Positions 12,855-24,727 of a stretch of DNA of 64,000 nt are shown in pieces. Below the pieces are notes generated by a model, which was given only the letters and a program-made list of their open reading frames with translations, ran no database searches and was not told the DNA's origin. Positions within the stretch are counted from its first letter, which is position 1, and each line of letters opens with the position of its first letter. The position numbers and the translations under genes were made by a program. Location: the NCBI GenBank assembly GCA_010909165.1, contig VJWM01000063.1:806001-870000 (forward strand), in the 5' to 3' direction. This DNA comes from Anthoceros angustus. Lineage: Eukaryota > Plantae > Anthocerotophyta.

Positions 12855-14801
12855 TCAAAAGCTCGATAGGATCGCGTTCACCGAACAAGGACTCTTCTTT
12901 GCGGTACTTTTGACGGGCCGGTCATATCGCAAACCATATCGAGCGTCGAAGGAACATACAAAGGACTCAAATGTCACAAGCTTTCAAACATATTACCTTG
13001 AGAATCCGGCATCCGTTTTATGGCCATCACACTTCTCCCAAGGCCAAGGCACGAGCCATCGTCAAGCGTGTAATCATTGTTACGGCAGCTCTTATTGGTG
13101 TAATAGCCATAGCGAGCCCCGCTTGACCATGGTCTTCATGAACCTTGACAACATTCCTTTTTGAAACACGGAGTTTTGCATACCAAGCCTAGCCAAAAAC
13201 AAGCAGTTAGTAAATACAAACCACAAAACTTAAGCCCAAATAACAACAAACTTACATTTGATCTTGGGTTATCAATCGTTGAATTGAACAAAACCCCTGA
13301 ATTGTGATTTTTGTCGTTTTGACCACTTGGGAGAGTGTTCAATATGACTCTAAAAGTTTCGATAACATCCTCGTAAATCTTGACCTTTTGGGAAATGCTC
13401 ACTCTGGTAATTCTTCATGTCCACTTTGTAATTTTTGAAAGCCGTTCTTGATACACCGCAAATAAAAGCGAGCTTAATACTGATACATCAAACGTCAAAG
13501 ATACAATGAACAAAACAACCAAAAACATCTTGAACAAAAGGTCCACTTTGAATCTGGAGAGAAGTCCACGATGAGCGGTTATGTAACTCTTCACCACCTC
13601 GAACTCCATGCAAAAATATGCACACACCAAACAATAGAGCATAAGGCCTCCGGAAAACCATAAATGAACAATCAAGTGCACCCAAAACCAACAATATTAC
13701 CTTTTTGAGCCCAAATGAGCATTGATGATCTCTGTGTGAAAGAATCAGTCGCTCATCATCCAAATCAACTTCACCTCTTTTCGACATGACACAATCCCAA
13801 GGTCCTTGCGATTTTCATGGACGCAACTGCACAGGACCCATGGAAAATTCCATGAAACATGTTGATCAAGGAACATCGAGAACCAAGCGGCTTTGGTTCA
13901 AGATGCACTTCCTTGTTAAAATTCGTTAAAACCACGAAAGAAAGACATCAACTGCACGAGAAATCGAAATCGGTCATGTGAAAAAGTCGAACTATCAAAA
14001 TCAACAAGTCAAAACTACTTACGTTTGAGAAAATCTCCTGTTGTCCTTGATTCGAACTTGATGGAAAAAGGATATCGAATAAGATTTAGATCCTTGTGAG
14101 GATATCCTCAGCTATCCCATCCTGACCCACTCACTTTCATAAGGCCACAGGGCGACTTGACACGGTTATTACGCGTTTGGACCTATCCTCCCCACCACTC
14201 AAGCATCATTCACTCCCTGGGACTATTGGGTCAAATCCTGCTCTGAAAATTGCTTCATCATCAATTTCCTCCATACCCATGGCAAAGTCATCTTGGATCA
14301 TCACTTTAGCCTCTCAAACATATCAAGCACTTCTTGATCGGGGATGACTCGGTCGGGAACCACAGCAGGAAAAGCACTGTATTCTGTTCAACGGCACACA
14401 AATCTCTCTAGACGCTTTGGCGGCTCACAACCATGGGATCGTCAGTTATCAAGAAATCATTCTCCCCACAAACTGGACCCCTCTCTCAGACACTGGGACA
14501 TAGTTAGTAATCTCTGCAAGAGGACCTTCAACCAAAGCCACAGGTCGAGTGTCCACCCTTCTCCTCTTCTGAACAAACTCAGCTGCACGTCGAGCGTCCT
14601 TCTTGGATGAAAATCGCCTTGGCGGTTTGGGCAAGTCTTTTTTGGGAACTAAAGTTCCTTCCTGCACCAAGACACCATCAACTTTACCATCATCCCTGGA
14701 TGAGTTGCGATATCAGAACCATGGTTGACATCTTGTATGTAGCCATAACTTGAGAGATCCTTGTTTTTTCCGGCCAAGGTGGGTTTTCTTTTAGGAGCCA
14801 T
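12855..14801 (-). CDS. Intron-containing Crypton-type (DUF3504-like) tyrosine recombinase; frameshifted in this assembly
   Basis: Exons about 14801-14023 (ATG, MAPKRK), 13951-13701, 13647-13520, 13455-13256, 13188-12997 and 12927-12855. All five donors are GT, three acceptors are clean AG, and a TACTAAC branch site lies at ~13205-13211. Spliced motifs: FFHQVR; ILSH..FGLKK; HGVRGGEELH; VYQERLSKN; DNPRSN|AWYAK..LSRFMKTM; YYTNKSCR.TMITRL; GHKTDAGFSR|YDR. Confidence 0.8.
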
Positions 14802-17627
14802 CAGCGAAAAAGGTGAGTGGTCAAGGAACTTGACAACACCAACATCCTGAAGGAACTTGACAAACAAGACAAAACTAGGAAAACACTTACATGGTGTTCA
14901 GAACTTCCAGATAGGAACCTGCTGAAGGGTCTAACAAATGATTATAAAACAATCCAAGATGAGGATAGGGGTGGGGGGGATATGGCACAACACATTCATT
15001 GAATATACACATTGTTAAATATTGAAATCCCCTCCACTTTATGTTAGTGAGAACAGATAACTCCTTTTCAAACAATACCCACATACTTCCTGTAATAGAA
15101 GACTTTGTCGGCAAGTTAGATTTAAGAAAAAAAAAACAAAAATAAGGTTATCCACACAAAGCAGTATGAGACAACGCAAACTAGGAGATTCAATCGTGAC
15201 TTCAAATTCAGGCAAGAAATGGTTATCCTGATTCACAGACAGACCAGAATCAGAATGTTGGCAGGCCAACCCTTCACACGATGAACAATAAAGCCTACAC
15301 ACACAAAATAAAGGATTAGATTATTTATGAGCGGTACTCACACAGACGATTTCTTGCCAAGACAAAAAGACACATGGCGAGGTAATTATCAATGAGGAGA
15401 AATCATCGGGTTTAAATATACAGTTGACATACCATATGCAGGGTTACACCCAAATAAAATTCCTTATATGTCCAGGACAAGGCTTGTCTGCATCAAGGCA
15501 AGATCCTTAGAATAAGAACGAGACAGAAACGGATTGAAGTCTGACAATACACCGACAATATCCAAAACCAGAGAAATCAGCAAATGCAGGCGCACGCGGG
15601 CAGTAAACAACAAGTCACGGAATAACCATTATGTCACAGCACATACCAACAGAAAAACAGGAAGTAACCTTTAACTACTATGCGTGACATGGAAATACAG
15701 ACAATCTAATCTGAATAATGGACAATACAACGATGAGTCATTGCATACTGCGGGGCATCTCGGCGAAACCTCGAAACACGCATACGAAACACGTGAGATA
15801 CTACCTTGATATAGTCAGATGACAACAATTATAGTGAAAAAGCCATCAAACTACTGAGCTTGACATGCATCGATCGCGCTGATCAGTAAAAGCTGGAAAA
15901 AGCATCTGCAAAATAACTATACGCCAAAAAAACAACAACCAATCGACTATCAAAATGTTTGACACACAGTTGCATACCACGTAGAAGTCACGCTAGGACA
16001 AATCCTGCAGGACGTCCGGTACTTGAACCAAGCTTTTCTGCATCCAGAACCCGCGTGTCAGCAGGCTATTCACAAAGTGGCCAAAACATTAAAAGGTACT
16101 TTCATGACCAAAACAAAGACATCAATATCAACCACAAACCTTTAAAAAGAACCAACAACTCGGAAAACCAGGACCTGGTAGGACAGAAAACCAATAGAGT
16201 TGTCACAGAAAGACAAGATTAGTAAGACTTGAAGAGTACTGAATTACTGTACTGGAAAAGATACTGGACAATAAAGCACAACTCACACGAAGACTGATAT
16301 GAACAAGCAAACTACAATAACGATTACGTACCAAGCTGGGTGCCAAACTGAGAGTCCAACTTTGACGGGAAAACTTGACTGCATCAAAAAAAGCGAGCAG
16401 ATGGTAAGAAGACAATGAAACAAAGAAAACGCCAAGAGTACAATCACATCATGCGTGACCTTACAAACTAAGCAGTGAACCACACACAACCTCGAAGCTC
16501 TAAGTCAAGAGATTACGCTGGTCGATTAAAACGAACACACCAAAGGTCAAACTAGAACGCCGAACTAGAAAACTACGCAACGAGAATAACTAGCAACGAA
16601 CGAATATAAGAATCGATAACATCTATGCATGCAAAGAGTCATTCCCTAAGAAATGAAGATAAGACGCATTAAACACCTTCAAGACGATTACCATATCGAA
16701 AACAAGCCAAAGGCAAAACAGAGATCAAGAATCGAGAGCCGAATACACTACGGCCATAGCGACAATCAAAGACAAACAGACAACTTATTAAAAACTAAGT
16801 GCGAAAAGGTCAATTGAATGGAAGGCGATACCTTGAACAGGTTTGCCCAATAACGACGAATATATTTCAACAACCCCTGAACCTGCATGACAAACAACGA
16901 GTAAAATATCAAACATTCAAGATAACAACGAGTAAGTAACAATATTCAAACAGAAACAACCGTAAGAAAAGAGACTAACCTCAGTGGGAGGATTCAAAAC
17001 GACCGAAAACAGCTTGACAAAGTTCGGTAAGTTGCAAAATAAACATAAGAAGACAACCGCATTCAAATACCAAACGGAAAAGATCTACTAGCGGATCTGA
17101 AAAGACTGGTCTAAGTGTTCTACCTGTTGACAAGAACCAAACAAGATCACCCGTTCTGCATACACATGACACACATAACACATGTTATATATTGGCGATA
17201 ATCAACGAAGTTAAACGGATGCGCTTAACAGAAGAGGGCTACATCAAACAAAGGCAAGACAGTGGTCACAAGACACCAGACACGTAGAAACAGCTGTCTT
17301 TTGTTTACTTGTTGTTTGTCCCCAGAACGGGACAAACAACAAGCAAACCAACGAGAGCTTCATGAACCAACATCAGACATTAAAGCATACAATAAATCGA
17401 AGACATTGACAGATGAAACACAAGAAGCGTCGATCGATGACTCACGACAGCGGCCCGCGTTATTAAGCTCGGGTCTTGGTTGTTTAAAAAGCAGCCACGG
17501 CGATGAAGCGTATGACGCCACGTCCACAAAACAAGAGCACGAAGGCGATTACAAACAAGAGCAGCGATAAGCCCGTTCTACACGAAAGCAGAAACTGAAA
17601 GAAAGCTACAGACACCATAGAAACAAG

Positions 17628-18063
17628 CACGTAAAACCTAAGCCCTTAAATCGCTTCCGATAAACCTCCTAGACCTTAGAACTGGAACTTCTTGCCCTGA
17701 AGACACCACAGAATAACATCCTAAGCCATGGAAAAACGGAAGGCAAGGCCTTCGGACAAACAACAAAGCCTACAAAGCCTTAAGCACCAAGGAACAAATC
17801 AGCTTAAACACAGCCCGCGGATAACAAACCACTGACGAACAACGAGGTCCACGAGACTAGGCTGAGAGTAATAAATGAGCAGGAACAACAAACAATCACG
17901 TCTAGCCCTAACAATAGCTTCCGATAAACTCGTAGGCCTTTGAACTGAAACTTCTTGCCTTTAAGAAACCAGGGAGTAAAACATCCTTAGCCATCGAAAA
18001 GAAGGCCTAGGACTTCGGGCACACAACAAGCTTCAAAGCCTTAAGCACAAAGGGACAAATCAG
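17628..18063. repeat. Diverged ~175 bp direct repeat pair (17628-17803 and 17897-18063)
   Basis: Shared 'gcttccgataaac..gaactg.aacttcttgcc..aacatcct.agccat..aaagccttaagcac..acaaatcag'. Confidence 0.75.
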
Positions 18064-18499
18064 ATCCAGAACTATCTGACCGTGACGACAACAAGCAGAC
18101 TGAAGTTGAAACAACAAAAAGAACAAAGCAAACGCTTAAACACAAAGCCTTGAACAACATGAACCAGCTTGGCCAAGCGGAAGAGTGTCGAGAACTACCA
18201 AAAGCAAGCGGCGTGACAAGCAGAAAGAGGCTCAACAAACAAAGTAAGACGCGGATGCTCGACACAAAGTACACAAACAAAACACATGCTAAACGGCGGT
18301 CTACACCTTAAGCAGAACCACGATGCCGAAAAGCACCTTGGCCGGACCATAACAAGCGAAACAAATTCCTTGGCCCTCGGACAAAACAATGAGGAAACAA
18401 ACTTGGCGCTCTAAGCAGGTCCTTGGCCTGGGACAATGGCCCAGAATACTAAGAACTAAGGATAGCGGAGCCCCAACACCTTGGGATCACAGCTTAGCC

Positions 18500-18780
18500 T
18501 CAAAAAGACTCCCGCCCTAGACGAAACAGTTTATATAGGCCACCAAACCCTAACCCTTCTCACTCTGTCGGCGCCGCCACTCTCTCTACAGGCGATTTGA
18601 AAATAGCGAACCTAACCTACCGAGCCGGACCCCAAACCAACCGAGGTTCGCCATTCGTTTGCCGCCGCCGCCCTCCTCAACCAAACCTAGTCACATTGTT
18701 CCAAACCTACCCATGCAACACCTAACCTAATTTCCGAACCTCTTAACGGCAGGGCGTAAACCGAACCTGCTCGTCAATCA
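18500..18780 (-). promoter_or_regulatory. Telo-box + TATA promoter-like module facing the recombinase gene
   Basis: The minus strand reads 'gagaagggTTAGGGTTTggtggccTATATAAAc' (aaaccctaa at ~18545-18553; tttatatag at ~18530-18538). Confidence 0.5.
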
Positions 18781-18867
18781 AATCCTGCCACACACGGACT
18801 TCTCGAAACATCTAAACCCTAACTCTAGACTATTTAGCAAGCACTCCCGCCTCATTCTTACCTCTAT

Positions 18868-19010
18868 CACCCATCACGCCGCCAGGCTGCTGGTTTTCTC
18901 CTAGGCCTACCGCCCACCACGCCGCCAGGCTGGTGGTTCCTTTCTACGCCCTACCACCCACCATCGCTGGTTCTTCTACGCCCTACGCCCACCACGCCCG
19001 CCTGCTGCTT
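18868..19010. repeat. Degenerate tandem repeats of ~35-45 bp, 3-4 copies
   Basis: 'ccca(t/c)cacgccgccaggctg.tggtt..cta.gcc.ta' units. Confidence 0.6.
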
Positions 19011-20248
19011 ATCTTCTCCTAGTCACTTTCCACCTCGCTTGGGGCTCTGTTTCTTCACCTACCTGCGCCCTCACCATTGCAGTGCTTTTCTGTAGTGAGG
19101 TGTGTTTCCTCTCTTCTGCTATCTTTGGGTTGGGCCCAGGCGTCCGCCCTCGAGCAAGCATCCTCCATCTTCCTCGGCCCCTTCACCTGCGGACGACTTT
19201 TTGAAGTTCATACATCAGCGTGGCTACCCACCTCGGTTTTGAAGAGCGTTTGCGGAGGCGTTGCGACACGCAAGAAAGGTCAGAGAACTTCGCTGCTTGT
19301 AAGTTTGCGGTAGCTCCGCCTTTCATTGATGACCGTTTTCTCCTTTATTTGTCCCGTCGCTCATCTTGTGTTCTATTCTTTGTCGCAGGGATTCCTCACA
19401 AGCAAACATCAAGTTTTCAGGTTAGTAACAAACCTTGTGCTTTTCAACTTGACTGCGTTTATCATATCTGTCAATGTCTTTTCTTTCCTTCATTTGATGT
19501 AGTCAGATTCTGCTGCGATCTTTGTTTCGTAGCCACTCTGAAGAACACATAATAACATAACTCGCTTTCACTTCAATGTCGTTATGAGGACTACTACACG
19601 TGAACAACATGTCATCCGAGTCACTCGAAGTCTTGGCCAAGTAAGTTGTTTCACTTTTGCCTTGTTACCCCAGTAGCTATAGTCAGTGAACCTTGCATGT
19701 AACTGTAAGTCCGACAGCATGCTTTATTGCATGCAATTCCTGCAGGCTTGTGCTTTGTTTGCTTTTCTGTGAGAACAGTCTCCTGTTTTTGTATCAGTTC
19801 TTTAGGTTCAACAGTCTTTAGTTGTTTTGAGTGTATATCCCTGACACTGTCCTCACTTTAGGACGGACTTTACAAGAACTCTCTTCAAAGACCGTGGTTC
19901 CAAGAAGTTCTTTATTGGGCGTAAGTTATGTTTCTTTTGCTTGCGATGCAGTACTCAACGCGGCTGACACCTACATGTCTGTGAGGCAATTGCATGTTTG
20001 CGATTCTTTGTAGAGCAAGTGTTACACGCGACTTCCGCCGCAACCGCGTGGAGTCGCATGCACGTAGCAGCTGCAGTGTAGAGCTTTTCTACTTATCACA
20101 AGTCCCTTCAGTTTTAAACGTTCTTTAACGTCCAGAATGTTTCCACTTTCAGAATGGATTCGGAGAAAGAAACAACATGGTTGACATTGAAGAAGGTAAC
20201 GAAATTTTCGTTTGACGCTCAAATCGTCGCTCTTTTCCGCTATCTCAC

Positions 20249-21842
20249 ATGGTCATTTTTGTGAGAAAGCCACGGAAAGTCACGAGAACCCGACGTTGGT
20301 GGCGGTCAAACAATCATGCTCCCGCCCATGGGGATCCAGGATATGGCACGAAATCGGAGTTTGAAATTCCACTCCTTGAAATAAGAAAGACCGTGGAAAA
20401 AGGTACAATGTTGCAAAGATACTATAGTTGAGAACCAAAATGCTCGAGTTTTTGTACGATGAACTAATTTATGCATGTTTTCCAGTTCTCACGGAGCACA
20501 CCATGTTTTCATCGATGGACAAAAAGACTTACGACTCCTTACGGATACGCTCAATTGGACAAGATAAAAAGTCGCACTTTCTACCTTATAAAATTACATT
20601 CGGCATGGATATGAAGACGACTTATAAAAGTTAACATGTATACGGGATATAAAAGAACTTACGAACAACGCGATTAGAGTTGGAGACAATGACTCTAGTC
20701 GGAAGATTTAACGGCATCAAATCTCCATTCAATCAATACTAGAGGTAAATAAATAAATGCATTTACATCATGTAGTATTTCCAATTTGTTAACTATGCGT
20801 TTTACAGTCTTTGAGAACAAGCGGGCTGCTAAAGAAATCAAAGACAAAATACACATTATCGACAAAATCAACAAACGGACATCTCACATCAGGTTGGTCA
20901 AAATTATGACTCAAGTCTTATATCCTGTATTTAACAAAATGCAATATCCTCTGTTTAACAAAATTCTCCATTTTTACAGGAAAAAAAGAGGAAAATAGAG
21001 GACTCTGAAGACAATGCTCCAACTTATGGCCCTTCTAAAGAATTCACTGAATTTGGAAAATGGATGATTAACTACCAGTATCCACAGATTTTTCAAGAGT
21101 TCAAAAACAAATATGCTCCCATATGGGAGCATAGCCTCAAAGACCCAGTGCAGCCAATCCTCAATGCAGATGGGACTACACCAACCTTTGAACAGTATAT
21201 AGAGATTCAGAAAAGTAAGTACCTTTGCATTTTTGTTTTTTATAATGTTTATTTATGCCTAAATTTCCCATGTTGTGACTTGTAGAGATATAAAGCCATT
21301 CAAAATAAAGAGCTCAAAACTACAGACGTTGCGCTTATGGAGGATCCGAGACAACAAAAACATTCAAAAGGTAATTTCTTAAATTTACAAGTTATATTCT
21401 TAAGTTATATTCTTCAATTGCATATTTCTAACATCTGCGCATTATCCAGAACATAAAGTCACACTTTCGTAGTGTGGGGAATCTTCACAGCACCTGCATG
21501 ACGTTAGTCAGGAAGGTATTTACCGGCGGGGCGCCCTTCGACTTGAAATGGAGGTAACTTACTGACCTGTTCTACCTTCGTTTGTAGTTATCGAAGAAAC
21601 AAAAGGAGTTGTTTATTGTTTGAGGTTAGTATATTAAATTGCTTGTTTGGGATTTTTAAAACTCTATTACTAACAAATAAAATTGCTTGTAGAAATATTC
21701 ACGTCTGGACGAAATCTTTGAGATGATAAACTTTTTATCTAGACCGTACAACGAGCAAATGAAAAAGCATTACTCCGAAGACTATGCACCACCGGGATCA
21801 CCTGTTTACACCCCGTCAACCCCAATAGAATATGTCCTTTGA
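20249..21842 (+). CDS. Seven-exon spliced orphan gene of unknown function, possibly pseudogenised
   Basis: GT-AG introns 20403-20485, 20745-20807, 20893-20979, 21215-21285, 21371-21449 and 21554-21692 (TACTAAC at ~21668-21674). Exons include EKKRKIEDSEDNAPTYGPSKEFTEFGKWMINYQYPQIF and a terminal KYSRLDEIFEMINFLSRPY..EYVL*. A few stops and phase conflicts remain, and the start is uncertain. Confidence 0.6.
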
Positions 21843-22199
21843 ATCAGACACCGTAACGTCCAAAAAAACAGTTAAAAGGTCAAAATTGCTGGGACTTTTT
21901 ACCAAGCGGAAGCTAAAATCAAAACTTGTGTTACCTTATCAATTACATGGAAGAGAGAGAAAAAAGAGTTATAAAATTTGAGGCAGCAACCCTTAAATGA
22001 GCAGGACCTCGGCTAGCCCTGCAGGTCGCGAATGGACAGCGTCTCGGCCCGGCCTCGGCCGCTCCCTGCCGCCCGAGCGGACTCGCGTCGGGCGCCGCGG
22101 CTAAAGCGGTCTCGGCCCTACTTGACCTCGACCGTTCTCGACCATGGCGCCCCTCCAGCGTCAGGTTCCTAATACAAAAACATTAGGCGGAAAGGTTCC

Positions 22200-23834
22200 A
22201 GGAGTATATTATGGGGGTACTGAGGCAATCATACTTACGCCATGAAGCTTGCATATATCACTGGAAGGCAAGGTTCCAATGGATGGAGGCCCATGTCTAT
22301 TGCGGGCTAACTCTCAGGAGATGCGATCGGCGGCCACAACACAATGTCGACAAGAGGAAAAGATGAACTTTATCGAGCGGTCGGATACCTCGGGGATGAA
22401 CTTGGTTACCAAGCGGGATGGTGTGACAATGAGCATGAACTGGAAGTTCAATTTATACAAGGTGCTTGGGGGTGATAGAGGATAGCGAAGGTCGGGAAGA
22501 TGAGCAATACAAGCAAAACAAAGTGGACAACCGGACACATATACTATGCATAGCAAAGCGGAGGGAAAGGTGTGGAAAACGTGATGATCTTCACCAAGTG
22601 GGAGGCGATGGAACTTCCGAACAAAAGGCCAAACATGTTGCAGGTACTAGCAAGAAGAGCAAGGGCAAACGCAGTTGGAGAAGAGGTGAAGACTGTGGAA
22701 AGCGTTTTTGTTAAGCCCAAAGAGATGTGGAAACCATGGCTAGCTTCCAAGGAATTCCACCGAGAGACGTCGAAAATGCTGATTAGTGTGAGAAAAGGTT
22801 TTGACAGTGGTTACTAGACGAATGGTATGTCCAAGGAGGTGATATCTGGAAGAAACTTCATGTCATCCAAGTGGCGATGGCGAAACACTTAGGATGTGAC
22901 TCCTTCGAGATGGTTAGGTGAATACCCTATGCACTCTTCGGATGATGTTATTGCACGGTTTCAAACAGCTCGATGGAAAGGTACGTCATTTGTTTTAAGA
23001 CTCATAGAGGGATGGGCACCGCATGCCGGCCTCCCCCACCATTTCGCTTATGGAGGGGAAGGCGCGCCGCATGCCGCGCCTTCCCCACCTCATTGTCACA
23101 TCGTTTTGAGCATCGACCGACGGGTGACGTGCAAGTGAAAGATGTGCGTGATTTGAAAAACTACGAGGAGGATTTCCGTTACACGAAGTGCACACATGGA
23201 AGGGTCCGGAGAACGAACAAAGGACCCTAGCGACATGGACATGGAAGAAGGCCCGCAATGCTCAACGCTCCAACCACGGAGTGTATCGTGAAATACCAAG
23301 TGGTTGTAGAGATGTGTTGGACATCCGAGGTTTTTACAAGAGGAATTACACTTTATTGGTTATGGATGTGCCTGGGATTCAACAGGAAAGCATGATGTAA
23401 AGATGGACCAAACACATGGGCATGTTTCACTCTTTCCATGACATGACGAGTTGTGAGGAAATCCGCATGATAGTTATGCATGGGGTGGAGGAGCCGCAAT
23501 CGTGAGGGAGGCTATGCTGGTGCAATCGTGGAGGGATGGTCTCCTTCGTGTGGGACAAAACTAACATGCATAATGATCAAGGTGGATATGATACCGCCGA
23601 GTACATCACGGTAGGGTGGGGGTAACCGCAAGAAGAACAAGGTTTCAATGTTACCTAACACCTTGGCTCGCTCAACAATGGTCGCGCATTATTGGGCACA
23701 ACACCGATCAAGAAGCTTCTTTATATGTCATTGGACAAGCTCGTGGTATGTGCTTATCGAGGCCATTAGGGTTGATGCGTAAGATGATCAACAACTTCTC
23801 CAAAGAAGGAGATTGGATATTAGATGCGTGCAGT
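22200..23834 (+). pseudogene. Decayed ParB/Srx-like + beta-class N6/N4 DNA methyltransferase ORF
   Basis: Across frameshifts: GNHTYA (~22224), AHVYCGLT, HNVD..MNFIER, then LLVMDVP-GF (23365, motif IV-like), FVWDKTN..AEYITVG (23545-23615) and RPLGLMRKMINNFSKEGDWILDACS (23760-23834, motifs X-I). It is truncated before the GxG loop. Confidence 0.65.
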
Positions 23835-24727
23835 GAAGCGGACGACGACCTAGCAACAGCGCCGCCGCAATTGCATCGCCGTGACTTGGACAAACGAGCG
23901 GAATTCATTCCCCAAAGGATACATGGATATGAGGTACTTCACCGAGGAGGAATTGAATCATGAGCCACACCGACGAGGACCCGCCCCAATGGGGCAAAGG
24001 AATTAAGCTTGTCCGAGAAGGGTCACTGCAAGCTGGTCGTAATTTTGGGGAACAGATGAAAGAGAAAATGGGGCAAATCCTTGATGACGGGCAGTAGAAC
24101 TCGAAGGCGCAGGGTGGCATCCACTACAACACCCAAAGGCCCTCCTGTCTTTTGGATGTGGAGAATGCCATGGAGAACGACAACTTCGAGGACCCCACCA
24201 CTTCTCAAACGCCGATGTTGTGTTGATAGCGATCGGCAATGCCCACCCGAGACTCAAGTTGGCGAAGATTTTGGTAGTTAGGTTATTGGACATTTACTCG
24301 CTGTAGCCAAGTTTTTGGCGCTGCATGCCGCGCCAAAACATCCTCTTAATCTTTTATTGCTTTTTAGTGCTGTGTATTGCTTTCCAAGTAGGTGTTAAAC
24401 CAGTCGACAACCAGCACCGACTGAATATCAACTGCGAAAGACCATTGGGGGGCTTTCCGGCACAGTACGACCATAACCGTGTGCACTCGACGAGAAAAGT
24501 AGCGGATGCCGAAGGGAAGGGAAGGAATGAACCATCACCAAGAAAACCAAAACATCTGAATCATGGAATTCAAGGCCCAATTTCCTGCAGTTGGTTTTTT
24601 TTCGCCGGCGGCTGTATATTCAGCGCTTCAAATATTATCTTGTTAGAGGTCCACATGAACTCATGGAGCACCTGATCGTGTCGATACAATCACGTAATCA
24701 AATTGAGAGGATTCGTGCATGCTTTTT

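Noticed and set aside
12855-14801. Starship captain (DUF3435) or DIRS retroelement recombinase
   Set aside because: The motifs fit the Crypton/DUF3504 pattern, and no RT/RNase H is nearby.
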